43,151 nt of DNA from Leptospirales bacterium (GCA_040326155.1 JBEQLE010000033.1:1-43151); one strand, 5' to 3'. Shown: positions 1 through 9,724, counted from the first letter of the stretch. Translations and numbers: made by a program. The notes: generated from the letters alone by a model not told the origin.

Positions 1-258
1 ATTTACAGGATTATGCATGATTTAAGATACACACCTTGTACTTACCGTTCACCACATCCCAATCCTGTAAATCATGTTAATCCTGTCTAAACCTCTTAAA
101 TAACTAAAATACAAAATCAAAGAAAAGACAATTTTGACAGGATTTACAGGATTATGCATGATTTAAGATACACACCTTGTACTTACCGTTCACCACATCC
201 CAATCCTGTAAATCATGTCAATCCTGTCTAACCCTCTTCAACCACAAAAATACAAAAT
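1..258. repeat. Tandem 141-bp repeat (~2 copies, may continue off the left edge) with internal inverted arms
   Basis: Sequence at 1 recurs at 142; arms GACAGGATTTACAGGATT (136-153) and AATCCTGTAAATCATGTCAATCCTGTC (202-228). Confidence 0.95.
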
Positions 259-2879
259 CAAGCGGAGTTTCTGCTGGCGTTAATATTGCCATATAAAGAC
301 CGTTTAACTATTTTTTTGTAAAAATCTTCTTTCTCAGCATCGCTTTCTTCAAAACCAATTTCGAGTTTTTGTAAGGCGTATTGTTGAATAATCAGAAGTG
401 GCAAAATAATTTCTTCTCTAATGTCTATGGAGTTTTTAGATTCAACTTCTTCTTGCATTAAAACTGTTTGCTCAGAAATTAAAAGAAGCATCTCTTTGCT
501 GAGTTTGTATTCATCGTACAGAATATTTCGGAACTCTCCATATGTTTTATCTTTTGCAATATAGTTTGTTAAAGAAAAATTGCATTTGTACAAAGACATC
601 ATGCTGTTTGAAAGCATGGCTCTAAAAACAGGAACTTCCTTAAAACACTCTTTTAACTCGTCGAGTTTGCCAGCATTTACGAGCGATTGAATCGCTGTGC
701 CGATGCCAAAGTAACCGGGAACGTTTTGTTTTAACTGGCTCCAGGAACCCACAAAAGGGATAGCTCGCAAGTCAGTTAATTCCAGTTTTTTCTTATTTCC
801 TCTTTTGCTGGGCCTGCTGCCTATATTTGTTTGACCATAGTATTTTAAGACACTTTTATCTTCCAGATAAGGCAAAAACAGAGAATGATTTTTTAATTCA
901 CGATACTTCGCAAAACTTATTTCAGATAGTTCATCAATCAACAATCGATGTTCTTTAGAAATGACATTTTTCTTTTCAAATAGAGTATGCGATAAACCAG
1001 CCGTAAGAAGTTGTTCACAATTATGCGTAAAGTGTTCTTTGGTGCCATACTTACTGGTTATGGTTTGACCTTGGATGGTCAATTGAATCGCATGATTGGC
1101 AATTTTCTCAGTTTGCGCTGCATAAAACCGGTGTGTTTTACCACCTCCGCGAGCGGGGGGACCGCCACGACCATCAAAAAAAACAGCTTTAATGTTGAAC
1201 TCATCACAAAGGGCAGATAACGTTTCTTTGGTTTTAAATATAGACCAGTTGGCCTTTAAATACCCACCATCTTTTGTTCCATCAGAAAAGCCCAGCATGA
1301 TGGTTTGCTCATCTTGCCTTTGCTTCAAATGCAACCTGTACTCGGGAATATTGAAAAGTTCTCTCATTATGGTTTCTGAATTTTTTATACCTTCCATCGA
1401 TTCAAAAAGTGGAATAATATCAAAAGGAATTTTACCCTGCGACCAGCCGCACCATCGAAAAAGAGCATAGACAAACAAAACAGAGTATACGTCTTCGGAG
1501 TTACTGATGATGTAACGGTTACACCCCTGCTCTCCATTTTTGCTTTGTATATCTTTCAATTGAGTAATATTTTCTATTGTATCAAATATGGCATCCACAC
1601 TCTTATTGGAATCGGCACTATACAATTTGTCTCGCATATGTTCCAAATCGAGAGTCAAGTTTTTTGGTATCTCTTTTGACATTAATATCGAAATCAATTT
1701 TTCTTTTGGTAACTCTTCCAGAGAATTTGTAATAATATTGTTTTCTATGAGTATGGCTTCTATGGTTTGCTTGTGGACTAAATGGTTTTGCCTGATGTCC
1801 ATTGTGGCAAAGTGCGTTTTAAATATTTTAACTTTATCAATAACACTTTCGAGTTCTTCGACATATAAGCCATTGTATGTGGCCAGTAAGGATGCTTTAA
1901 TATCTACTAAAGCTGTTAAAATTTTTTCATAAGTAAGTGTATTCAACCCGGAATCAAACATATTTTCATAAAGCAGATTCTTAAGTTCTTTGAGCGGCTC
2001 TTCGACTTCCCGAAAAGTCAGCATCTGCGAAAGTTTTTTCACATCATGGTAATAACATTTCAAAAGACTCATGCGCAATTCATCGGCAACGTCCATGGTT
2101 ATTGCAGAAGTCACAAAAGGATTACCGTCACGATCACCGCCGGGCCAGAACCCAAGGCGAAAAACACCTGTGTTGTCGAAAGATTCATTTGGCAGATTTT
2201 GTCGAATATTAGAATAAAGCTCACCAAGCGCGTCGTAGTATACATTGCGCAATAAGTGAATAACATTTTTAGCTTCGTCCAACGGTGTGGGTTTACTGGT
2301 ATTAATGAGTGAGGTCATTCCAAGTTGGTGTAAAGAAAGATCAATTCCGCTAATATCATTTTTTTTAATAAGTTCCCTTAATTTAGACATAATGTCTAAT
2401 ACAGAAGGCGAATAAAACTGAGTGGGATGAGATGTTAAAACAATACGCGCGCTGAAAGTAGACAGCTTTTCCGATAGTTTTTCAGAAAAATGTACATTTG
2501 TTTTGTCATCGTCTTTTATATGAAGATAATCTTTAAGAGGCCTGTGTTTAGAGAATTGAAGCAGATCAGAAAAGGCCGCATCTTCGACACTATCATAAAG
2601 TACAATTTGCCTTTCAATGTATTGAATAATACGAAACATAAAGTCAATTTTATCTTGTTCGGTTTGCACCTTAACATGATCAGTAAAAAATGAGTCGAGA
2701 ATTTGCATTGGTTCTAGACCACTCGAAAGACCTTGCCTGCAAGATTGTTGTAAAAGGGGAACAAGAATACCAATGTTGCTTACTTTATGAAAAGGCAGAT
2801 TTAAAAACAAGCTGTTGTACACATTAAACTTATTTTTCACTAACCTTTTGAAACTGTTTTCCATCACTGTTTGTTTCAT
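258..2879 (-). CDS. ppc: Phosphoenolpyruvate carboxylase
   Basis: 873 aa; motifs VLTSHPTQ, WPGGDRDGNPFVT, MLGFSDGTKDGG, GRGGPPARGGG, LRAIPF, C-terminal RNSA. Confidence 0.97.
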   Translation of the reverse strand: MKQTVMENSFKRLVKNKFNVYNSLFLNLPFHKVSNIGILVPLLQQSCRQGLSSGLEPMQILDSFFTDHVKVQTEQDKIDFMFRIIQYIERQIVLYDSVEDAAFSDLLQFSKHRPLKDYLHIKDDDKTNVHFSEKLSEKLSTFSARIVLTSHPTQFYSPSVLDIMSKLRELIKKNDISGIDLSLHQLGMTSLINTSKPTPLDEAKNVIHLLRNVYYDALGELYSNIRQNLPNESFDNTGVFRLGFWPGGDRDGNPFVTSAITMDVADELRMSLLKCYYHDVKKLSQMLTFREVEEPLKELKNLLYENMFDSGLNTLTYEKILTALVDIKASLLATYNGLYVEELESVIDKVKIFKTHFATMDIRQNHLVHKQTIEAILIENNIITNSLEELPKEKLISILMSKEIPKNLTLDLEHMRDKLYSADSNKSVDAIFDTIENITQLKDIQSKNGEQGCNRYIISNSEDVYSVLFVYALFRWCGWSQGKIPFDIIPLFESMEGIKNSETIMRELFNIPEYRLHLKQRQDEQTIMLGFSDGTKDGGYLKANWSIFKTKETLSALCDEFNIKAVFFDGRGGPPARGGGKTHRFYAAQTEKIANHAIQLTIQGQTITSKYGTKEHFTHNCEQLLTAGLSHTLFEKKNVISKEHRLLIDELSEISFAKYRELKNHSLFLPYLEDKSVLKYYGQTNIGSRPSKRGNKKKLELTDLRAIPFVGSWSQLKQNVPGYFGIGTAIQSLVNAGKLDELKECFKEVPVFRAMLSNSMMSLYKCNFSLTNYIAKDKTYGEFRNILYDEYKLSKEMLLLISEQTVLMQEEVESKNSIDIREEIILPLLIIQQYALQKLEIGFEESDAEKEDFYKKIVKRSLYGNINASRNSA

Positions 2880-2893
2880 TTTTTTTATTAGAG

Positions 2894-3352
2894 CTATTCC
2901 CGGTATTCCAACTGGAGCCCTTTCAGAAAATTACGCAGTATCTGATCTTTGCACTCTTGGTAGTGTTTATGGCCGGGCCTGCGAAAAAACGCGCTTAATT
3001 CATGTTTACTTATCACAAAACCAACAAAGGAGAGTATCTCCAGTACATCGTCGGCTTTCAAGTTGAACGCGATTTTTAATTTCATAAAAATCATGTTATT
3101 GGTTAACTGCTTTTCTGGCTCAGATTGCGCCCCCTCTTTTTTCCCGCGTTTCTCATTAATTAAACCATTGAGAAAGGTCGCCAGCTGGATGTCGCTACAC
3201 GTTTCATACACAGGGTCCTCCTCTTTCTTCAACCATTTCACGATCTGCTCCGGCGTTACTCGCCCTTCGGCCAACGCAAATACCTCGGTCATTTTCAGGT
3301 CGTCAAAATTTAAAGTATACCGAAGACGGCGCAAAACATCATTATTCGTCAT
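2894..3352 (-). CDS. DUF1456 family protein (YehS-like)
   Basis: MTNNDVLRRLRY...FLNGLI...SKHELSAFFRRPGHKHYQECKDQILRNFLKGL; start placed at the MTNN ATG. Confidence 0.92.
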   Translation of the reverse strand: MTNNDVLRRLRYTLNFDDLKMTEVFALAEGRVTPEQIVKWLKKEEDPVYETCSDIQLATFLNGLINEKRGKKEGAQSEPEKQLTNNMIFMKLKIAFNLKADDVLEILSFVGFVISKHELSAFFRRPGHKHYQECKDQILRNFLKGLQLEYRE

Positions 3353-3443
3353 AAGCTTCACATGAGCGAAAGCACAAGTAGCTGCAAGAACTTTTTTCAG
3401 AAATAAGATAAATATATTTGTAATAGATTGGACCCCTCAACCC

Positions 3444-4044
3444 TTAAGGTTGGTCAAATCCTATTTTTCTATTACTACTTTCCTCCTTATGGGGTGTTGA
3501 CTCTTCGATGGCGGCAAATATGGTTTCAATATCTTCTTTGTTTTTATTGCCCTGACTTGCAATCTCGCGGATTTGGCGATAGAGCGTGACCTGGTTTCGT
3601 AAAAGCTCACTGGTTTTAACAAACACGCATCTGCTCTCACCATCCCTGGTTTCGCAGATTAATGGCCATCCATGGCCCACTAATAATCTGAATATTTACT
3701 TCAATGGCCTTTGCGTTATTGAGAACAGATGAGAGCATCGCGATTCCGTTTTGGGTAAAGACGTGCGGTATTTTTCGAGTTCCGCCCCAACTTGAAGTCA
3801 CAGATTGTGACTTCAAGTTGGGTTCGTCTAAGGTCGCAATTTGTGACCTTAGACGAACCCATTCTTCAACGGACAATTTAAACATAAAATCTTGCGGAAA
3901 CCTTTCTAAATTTCTTTTTACCGCCTGGTTTAATGCGTTCGTTTTAACGCCATACAGCTGCGCCAGATCAAAATCAAACATCACTTTTTGATTTCGAATT
4001 ACATAGATTTTACTTTGTATGGTCTCTAAATCTGTTTGGTTCAT
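3444..4044 (-). pseudogene. ORF6N domain DNA-binding protein, frameshifted by a ~50-bp insertion
   Basis: N-part IRNQKVMFDFDLAQLYGV...RFPQDFMF...FTQNGIAMLSSVL...IEVNIQII (3637-4044); C-part VFVK...RKIGF in another frame (3444-3630). Confidence 0.88.
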
Positions 4045-4176
4045 AATACTCCTCTCAATACCTTAATAGGGCGTTCGGGAGTTTTTTTACATGGTTTGGG
4101 AAAAAAGTGAACTGTATTTTTTTGGGTTTCTTAAAAGGGGCTTAGCGCGCCCCTCGCTGCAAATTTTTCATTTTTT

Positions 4177-4323
4177 CTATTTAAAAATAAATGAAAAGAT
4201 TTTCCGCGACCCCACGCGTATTGTCATGTCGGCTTCAACATGGCAGCCCTGGAAAGCGGGGCTCTTCGCATAGTAGCCACCCTCTTCGATAATAATTTTG
4301 AAATTATACTCTTTATCTGCCAT
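4177..4323 (-). pseudogene. HicB-family antitoxin N-terminal fragment
   Basis: Manual translation MADKEYNFKIIIEEGGYYAKSPAFQGCHVEAD..., 48 aa, matches the HicB start motif and then degenerates. Confidence 0.7.
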
Positions 4324-4339
4324 TGGTTAAATATAATCT

Positions 4340-4565
4340 TTATCCATATACTGTGTTAACATTATTCCGAGTGGCTTCGCGGGCCATTTCTCTAAATAAC
4401 TCAGAGGGCTTCAAAGCCTTATCTGCGAAATTATGCATCTTCTCGCTTAAGAACTTATAAAAAATAAACCCCAGTATATAATCACGAAATTCATCCGCCC
4501 CCATTTTACCTCGCAGGGTATCGGCGATATTCCAAAGCTTTTGTTCGAGTTGTTATTTTTGAGTT
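4340..4565 (-). pseudogene. hsdM: Type I R-M methyltransferase (HsdM) N-terminal relic
   Basis: Manual translation QK*QLEQKLWNIADTLRGKMGADEFRDYILGFIFYKFLSEKMH..LKPSELF; in-frame stop, no start, truncated. Confidence 0.9.
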
Positions 4566-4721
4566 TGTCAATCGCAATAGAAGTTGAATATTCAAGAAGA
4601 TTTGAACACCCACACCAAATGTACAATCGACGCGTTAAGGTAAAAACCAGCGGTGTAAGGTCGTACGTAAAGCGACCGAGGTACAGAAGTGTATTCCATT
4701 TTAAATATACTTCAAAAATTT

Positions 4722-5648
4722 CTACACCGATGCTTTTTCTTGCTCAGGATTCTGTTGGAGTAATGCATTTTTCAATTTCATCAACCCAATAAATGAAGTT
4801 AAAATTAACTGTGCCTCATCGCGCGACCACTCAGCATCATCGTTTTCGGTATGATGAGCCTGGTGTGCCAGATTTTTCAAACCCTTATAAAAACGTACCC
4901 AACGCTCATTCCGATTTAAAGATTTATCCTTTTTGTTATTGTCGATTTGTAAATTATTAAATTTCTCTAAGTGATTCACGGCATCTCGTATAGACGCTAC
5001 ACAACCGCGCCACCCCATCGGTCCACCCTGCTCAAAATTAGTAATGGCTTCATTAATCGACTTTGTTATTTTTATATTTTCTTCGGAATCAGACAAACTA
5101 TTTGGCAATTCAACCACTTGATAATTATACAATCTGGTTTGATTCAAAGCATCTACCCAACGGTCCCGGTTCAATTTTACAGTGAGATTTGCGCCGCGCC
5201 GGTAAGTGCGTAACTTTTTAATATACTCTCTATGTTCACCGAATTGGTGAGCACTTACATAAAAGTCATCAAGGTGAAATTCGAAAACAGGCTCTTGTCC
5301 CTTTCTCAATTTCTCCCACTCTATTAAATCTGCCACATTTATTTCTGCAGTTATATTGAATTGATAATCATCTGAAGGGGATCCCAATTCAATCCGATGG
5401 GGATACCCCACCCGACCTAATAAATATTTTTCTCCGGTTACAGTATATTTTCCGTATAAAAATCCATTCATTCCATGTATAAGAGGCTGATATAAGTTTT
5501 CTGGTCCAAACCATTTCAACTCAATTTCAGCAGGAAATTCTATAAACACCGTAGACTTGTTTTTTTCAAATTTAATCTCTTTGTCACTATGAACCTGTAG
5601 GGTGCCTATCCGATAATCAGAGTAACTTATATCACTTTTGTTTTGCAT
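4722..5648 (-). CDS. Hypothetical protein (C-terminal helical domain, possibly HEPN-like)
   Basis: Long ORF; likely start MQNKSD; C-terminal LKNLAHQAHH...EWSRDEA. Confidence 0.7.
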   Translation of the reverse strand: MQNKSDISYSDYRIGTLQVHSDKEIKFEKNKSTVFIEFPAEIELKWFGPENLYQPLIHGMNGFLYGKYTVTGEKYLLGRVGYPHRIELGSPSDDYQFNITAEINVADLIEWEKLRKGQEPVFEFHLDDFYVSAHQFGEHREYIKKLRTYRRGANLTVKLNRDRWVDALNQTRLYNYQVVELPNSLSDSEENIKITKSINEAITNFEQGGPMGWRGCVASIRDAVNHLEKFNNLQIDNNKKDKSLNRNERWVRFYKGLKNLAHQAHHTENDDAEWSRDEAQLILTSFIGLMKLKNALLQQNPEQEKASV

Positions 5649-5871
5649 AATAATAAATAGACAAATTTGCAGCGTGGGGTACGAAGAAAAGCAAATTCTA
5701 CTCATGGGGAATGAGCTGGCAGCCATGTGCCCCCCGACTATACCATTATTGAAAATACATTGCTTATATTATTGTAATTTGATTGTGCGTACAAGTAAAA
5801 TTTTTGCTTTTTATTCTCACACACGACGTCGCTCTCACTCTACTTTTGAATACTCTTCTAGCGGCTCAAAA

Positions 5872-6645
5872 TCACTCGACCTTCTCAGAAGCGCCTTTTT
5901 TTATATCTCGCTCCCTTGCCCATTGCAGTAGTGCTTTTCTGTATTCCGTAAGGCCTTTCGTATAATATTGGTGTGCTTCTTTTTTATTTTTACGTTCATT
6001 TATTTTTCGTTTTTGCATGGCGACCTTCGTCGATACCCAGGTGAAAACGCCGATTTTAAAACTCAAAGATCGGACATCTTTTTCAATCTGGCATAAAACT
6101 TTTTTTTGTAATTTTTCTAAATGATACTTTGCATGAAAATCAGCCACCTCTTTCTGATATTCCTCAGATTTCACAGATTTACGCATTGCCTTTTTTAAAA
6201 AAGCCCTGTGGTGGTTTTCGGCGTCCGTAAGAGCATAAAACGCATTTTCGTGAGCTGTCAACGAAAAGGCAAAGGTGGGCAAATCTCCGGATATTTTTGT
6301 TACAACTTCGTCGTACGTAGCAATCAGGTTGACATCAAAATCTTTATAATCTCGCAAAGATTTCATCAACTCTTTCGCTTCTTTACCGGACTTGTCGGTG
6401 TCAACTTTAAGATTCGGAGCTAACTTTGTGAACACTTCTCTGTTATTTTTCTCCAACACTTCATAGTCAACCAATAGAATCATTCTAAAACAATACCACA
6501 GACGCAGCAGAATATAAAGAGCTTCACGAAGGTTTCTCTTTTTGTCCTTTCTTGCTCTGTACAAGTACCCCACGGCAATAAGAGTGGGGCCAATAACGGC
6601 GGCCGTCAAACCAGCATGTTCCAGTAAAATTTTTGAAATGTTCAT
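5872..6645 (-). CDS. Hypothetical membrane-anchored protein
   Basis: 257-aa ORF with N-terminal hydrophobic helix. Confidence 0.7.
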   Translation of the reverse strand: MNISKILLEHAGLTAAVIGPTLIAVGYLYRARKDKKRNLREALYILLRLWYCFRMILLVDYEVLEKNNREVFTKLAPNLKVDTDKSGKEAKELMKSLRDYKDFDVNLIATYDEVVTKISGDLPTFAFSLTAHENAFYALTDAENHHRAFLKKAMRKSVKSEEYQKEVADFHAKYHLEKLQKKVLCQIEKDVRSLSFKIGVFTWVSTKVAMQKRKINERKNKKEAHQYYTKGLTEYRKALLQWARERDIKKGASEKVE

Positions 6646-6810
6646 ATTCGCCCTGGTAAATAGTTAATTTTTTTTATATTTACAGAACTTAATGCACTGT
6701 CAATGGCATTATTTTAACGAGATTTGTTTCCCGGTTATAAAAGTCCACGGCCGGCAGAAATGTCTAAAAGAGATCTTATATTCTGGGACTTAATCCAGAT
6801 TCTTTCACAC

Positions 6811-6874
6811 CCAAATCCAAATCCTGTAAATCATGTTCATCCTGTCTACCCCTCTTCAACCAAGAAAATACAAA
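6811..6874. repeat. Solo right half of the 141-bp repeat
   Basis: AATCCTGTAAATCATGTTCATCCTGTCTACCCCTCTTCAACCAAGAAAATACAAA matches 202-256 closely. Confidence 0.9.
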
Positions 6875-7053
6875 CAACCGAAAAATGTAGAGTTATTTTT
6901 TGGTTGACGAACAACAACATACCCGAAGTAGTACGCAATTGTCACGATTATGAATTAAGTACGCAACTGTCTTTATTTGAATTAACGAAAAAGTAATTAC
7001 TATGACAATGCATAGAATGTGAAATTTTTAAAAAGCAAAACAAGGAGAGTGAG

Positions 7054-7629
7054 ATGGTAGAAGAAATTACAAAAACAGCCGAGAAGGCACTGGGTATAGT
7101 GCAAAACATAAAGGATGAGAAACAAAAAATTGTTCTCGTCCGTAATTTAATATTGCACGAAGCCAAGTACAACCAGGACATACTCAGGATTCTGCAATTG
7201 AAAAGCATGTCGGGAGCAGAGAAAGATGAGCATAGAGACGCACTGATACGCAAAATGGATACGTCTTCTCTGGATGTGATTAAGCTTACGAATGTTCTCT
7301 ATGACAATTTTTTTAAATCGCAAACTCTGGAAAAAATATTAAATACGGTGAAGGGTATTATTAATTTCGATGACAATGAAGATGATGAACCAGTGGTGGC
7401 TAAAGAACCACAAAAAATAATCTTACCCGAACTAAAAGAAAGTATAAACAATTCAAAGCTGGGGCAAATCTATGAGTTCTACATTCGAAAGGTAAAAGTA
7501 CTCCAATTAATTACCGGTGAAAAAGTATACATAGGTACAAAAATAAATATAAAAACACGTTTAAAGAATGTTAACCAGGCCCTTGATATCTTAATACCTG
7601 CCATGGAAAAATTGAATAGTAAAAAATGA
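7054..7629 (+). CDS. Hypothetical protein
   Basis: 191-aa ORF with AGGAG upstream. Confidence 0.75.
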   Translation: MVEEITKTAEKALGIVQNIKDEKQKIVLVRNLILHEAKYNQDILRILQLKSMSGAEKDEHRDALIRKMDTSSLDVIKLTNVLYDNFFKSQTLEKILNTVKGIINFDDNEDDEPVVAKEPQKIILPELKESINNSKLGQIYEFYIRKVKVLQLITGEKVYIGTKINIKTRLKNVNQALDILIPAMEKLNSKK

Positions 7630-7681
7630 AACAACGTCTGTCCGCATTCGCCGAAACAAACAACACCCCGTCCATTCACAC

Positions 7682-7707
7682 AAAATGTCGCACCGGTGCG
7701 ACATTTT
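7682..7707. repeat. Perfect 26-bp palindrome
   Basis: AAAATGTCGCACCGGTGCGACATTTT between convergent ORFs. Confidence 0.9.
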
Positions 7708-8198
7708 ACGGCCTCTCCAGTTTATCTTCAATATAGGCTTCAATTTCGGTAGACGCCATGGTGGGTTTTATGTGATTTAATAACTCCATGATCAGATCTT
7801 CTTTTTGTATTTCCCCTGTGCCTTTTTTGTCCTTCGTTTCAACAAAAGATTTCTCAATTGCGTTTACTCCTTCCGTTATATAACGCATTTTCTTATGACC
7901 AAATTCAATAACTTTTTCGCGGGTAAATAATCGGGGGTATCGTGAAACGAGTTTTAAGATAGAAATATAAACATAGATCGTTTGCCTCGAAAACCCGAGT
8001 CGTATATTCGACTTCGTCGCCCCGGTCTTGCCGATTTAAGATTTTATCATTTCGCGCCATTTTGGAACTCCTTGTTCCTATTATAGCCGTTTTTTGGATT
8101 TTTTTTCACGAAACACTGCTTTTTAAAAGAAAATGTAAAAGTTTTATAAACTTTCTGTGCCAACTTTCTGTGTACCAACCTCGAATCGATTTCGTTCA

Positions 8199-8289
8199 AT
8201 ACGTCGGGGGTGGCTTAGGCTCTTTGGGTATGTGTAGCATATATGCGACACATACTTAAAAGCCGTTGCCAGGGGGCAGACTTGCCCCC
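8199..8289. repeat. REP-like module 1, inverted relative to the full copies
   Basis: ACGTCGGGGGTGG-hairpin-AGGGGGCAGACTTGCCCCC; reverse-complement homologue of 39787-39876. Confidence 0.85.
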
Positions 8290-8390
8290 AACATTACAAA
8301 AACATAATATTTTAATAGACAGCACATGTTATTTTATAAAATCTGATCGGGTCAGCCGAAACAAAATAAAAAACAATAAAAGGAAACACT

Positions 8391-9026
8391 ATGCACAAAC
8401 GCAACAATACATTAAAAATTTCAGCAGCACTATTTATACTCTTCAGTCTATTTCTGGTTTCTTGTAAAAAATTAGACCCTAAGAAAATAACCCTGAATGA
8501 AAAACTGACTCAGGAAGCCATATCACAACTTGCCCCGGCCATGATGAAAAACTTGCATGAGAAAGTACAATCAGAGGGCTATGCAGGTGCGGTAGAATTT
8601 TGCAATATCTTTTCACCCCGTCATGGGAAACAAAAAAACCAGGAGATTCTCGAAGAGTTTAAAAAGACCTACGGTGTTGAAGAGTTTTCTATACGCAGAA
8701 TTTCTTTAAAAAATCGTAACCCCAAAGCCGCTCCGGATAAAACCATGACTGAAGTTTTACAAACCTGGGAAGATGACCTGCAGAAAAATCCAGCTGGCCC
8801 TGTGCAGCTAGAGACAAAAACATATTATGAAGACGACCATTACACCACTATGACGCCTATCCGAATTCCCGGTAACTTTTGCCTGGGCTGCCATGGGACG
8901 CCAGAAACAAGAGACACCAAAGCTTATACCAAAATTAAAGAACTCTACCCAGAAGATAAAGCCACTGACTACAGTGTTGGCGATCTGCGCGGAGCCTTTG
9001 TTGTTAAAATAAAATACTCCAAATAA
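8391..9026 (+). CDS. DUF3365/Tll0287-like c-type haem lipoprotein
   Basis: Lipobox-like LVSC; RRISLKNRNP; CxxCH (CLGCH); YPEDKATDYSVGDLRGAF. Confidence 0.9.
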   Translation: MHKRNNTLKISAALFILFSLFLVSCKKLDPKKITLNEKLTQEAISQLAPAMMKNLHEKVQSEGYAGAVEFCNIFSPRHGKQKNQEILEEFKKTYGVEEFSIRRISLKNRNPKAAPDKTMTEVLQTWEDDLQKNPAGPVQLETKTYYEDDHYTTMTPIRIPGNFCLGCHGTPETRDTKAYTKIKELYPEDKATDYSVGDLRGAFVVKIKYSK

Positions 9027-9063
9027 GCTTTAATGGCAAACTAATTTTGAAATAGGAGAAAAT

Positions 9064-9450
9064 ATGTTTGAACCGATTCATATACCGGCTGACGCTGTGA
9101 TGTTGTTTAACAAAGTTAAATTGAAAGAGGGTGTGTCCATGGAAGATGTGGAACTCACCATTGGCGAAATGTGTAATGTCGTAAAAAATACATACGGCAA
9201 TGACAGTGGCGGTTTTATAGCCGGGCAGGTATTTAAATATGCCGGTTTTGTTTCTGACGAAGGTAGCCTGGGTGAACATGGCCCTGAAGAAGATCATATT
9301 GTTATTGTGACCTACTGGAAGAGTTTTGCGCTACATGAGAAATCTCACGCCGACAATGCCTTTAAAGAAAAATTTGACGCTCTGGTAGAATTTGCAAGGG
9401 AATCAAAAGAGCTTGGATATGAAATAGAGTGGCAGGGAACCCCCGAATAA
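9064..9450 (+). CDS. Dimeric alpha-beta barrel protein, SOR-domain-like
   Basis: 128 aa, AGGAG RBS; VTYWKSFALHEKSH is an ABM-type W-x5-H-x3-H motif. Confidence 0.8.
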   Translation: MFEPIHIPADAVMLFNKVKLKEGVSMEDVELTIGEMCNVVKNTYGNDSGGFIAGQVFKYAGFVSDEGSLGEHGPEEDHIVIVTYWKSFALHEKSHADNAFKEKFDALVEFARESKELGYEIEWQGTPE

Positions 9451-9484
9451 ATAGATTTGGCTTAGAGAGTGACTCTTTGAGCCG

Positions 9485-9724
9485 TTAATCCGTAAATTTA
9501 ATTTCGCCACTCTGAAGATCTTTTTGGGCTTTTTCCATAGCCATGCTTATTACGTTTTTGGAAAATCGGGCTCCGGCAGCTTGAAGTTTTTCAACGCTAA
9601 CAGGTATTAATAACTTTGAATAAAACTGATTGGCAAGCGTAAGTATTTTCAAACGATAGAAGGCATCTAAAAATGTTGTATCTACTATAAGAATCCGATT
9701 ATTCATAAAAATCATCGTCGTCAT
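9485..9724 (-). pseudogene. PIN-domain (DUF3368-like) toxin with internal deletion
   Basis: ILIVDTTFL...LLIPVSV joined directly to a C-terminal-type segment EKLQAAGARFSKNVI; only ~73-79 aa. Confidence 0.65.

Noticed and set aside
1..258. CRISPR array
   Set aside because: Units are 141 bp with identical interiors, no unique spacers and no cas genes.
6724..6996. 90-aa ORF with NPVNHVHPV
   Set aside because: Peptide is a read-through of the palindromic repeat arm.
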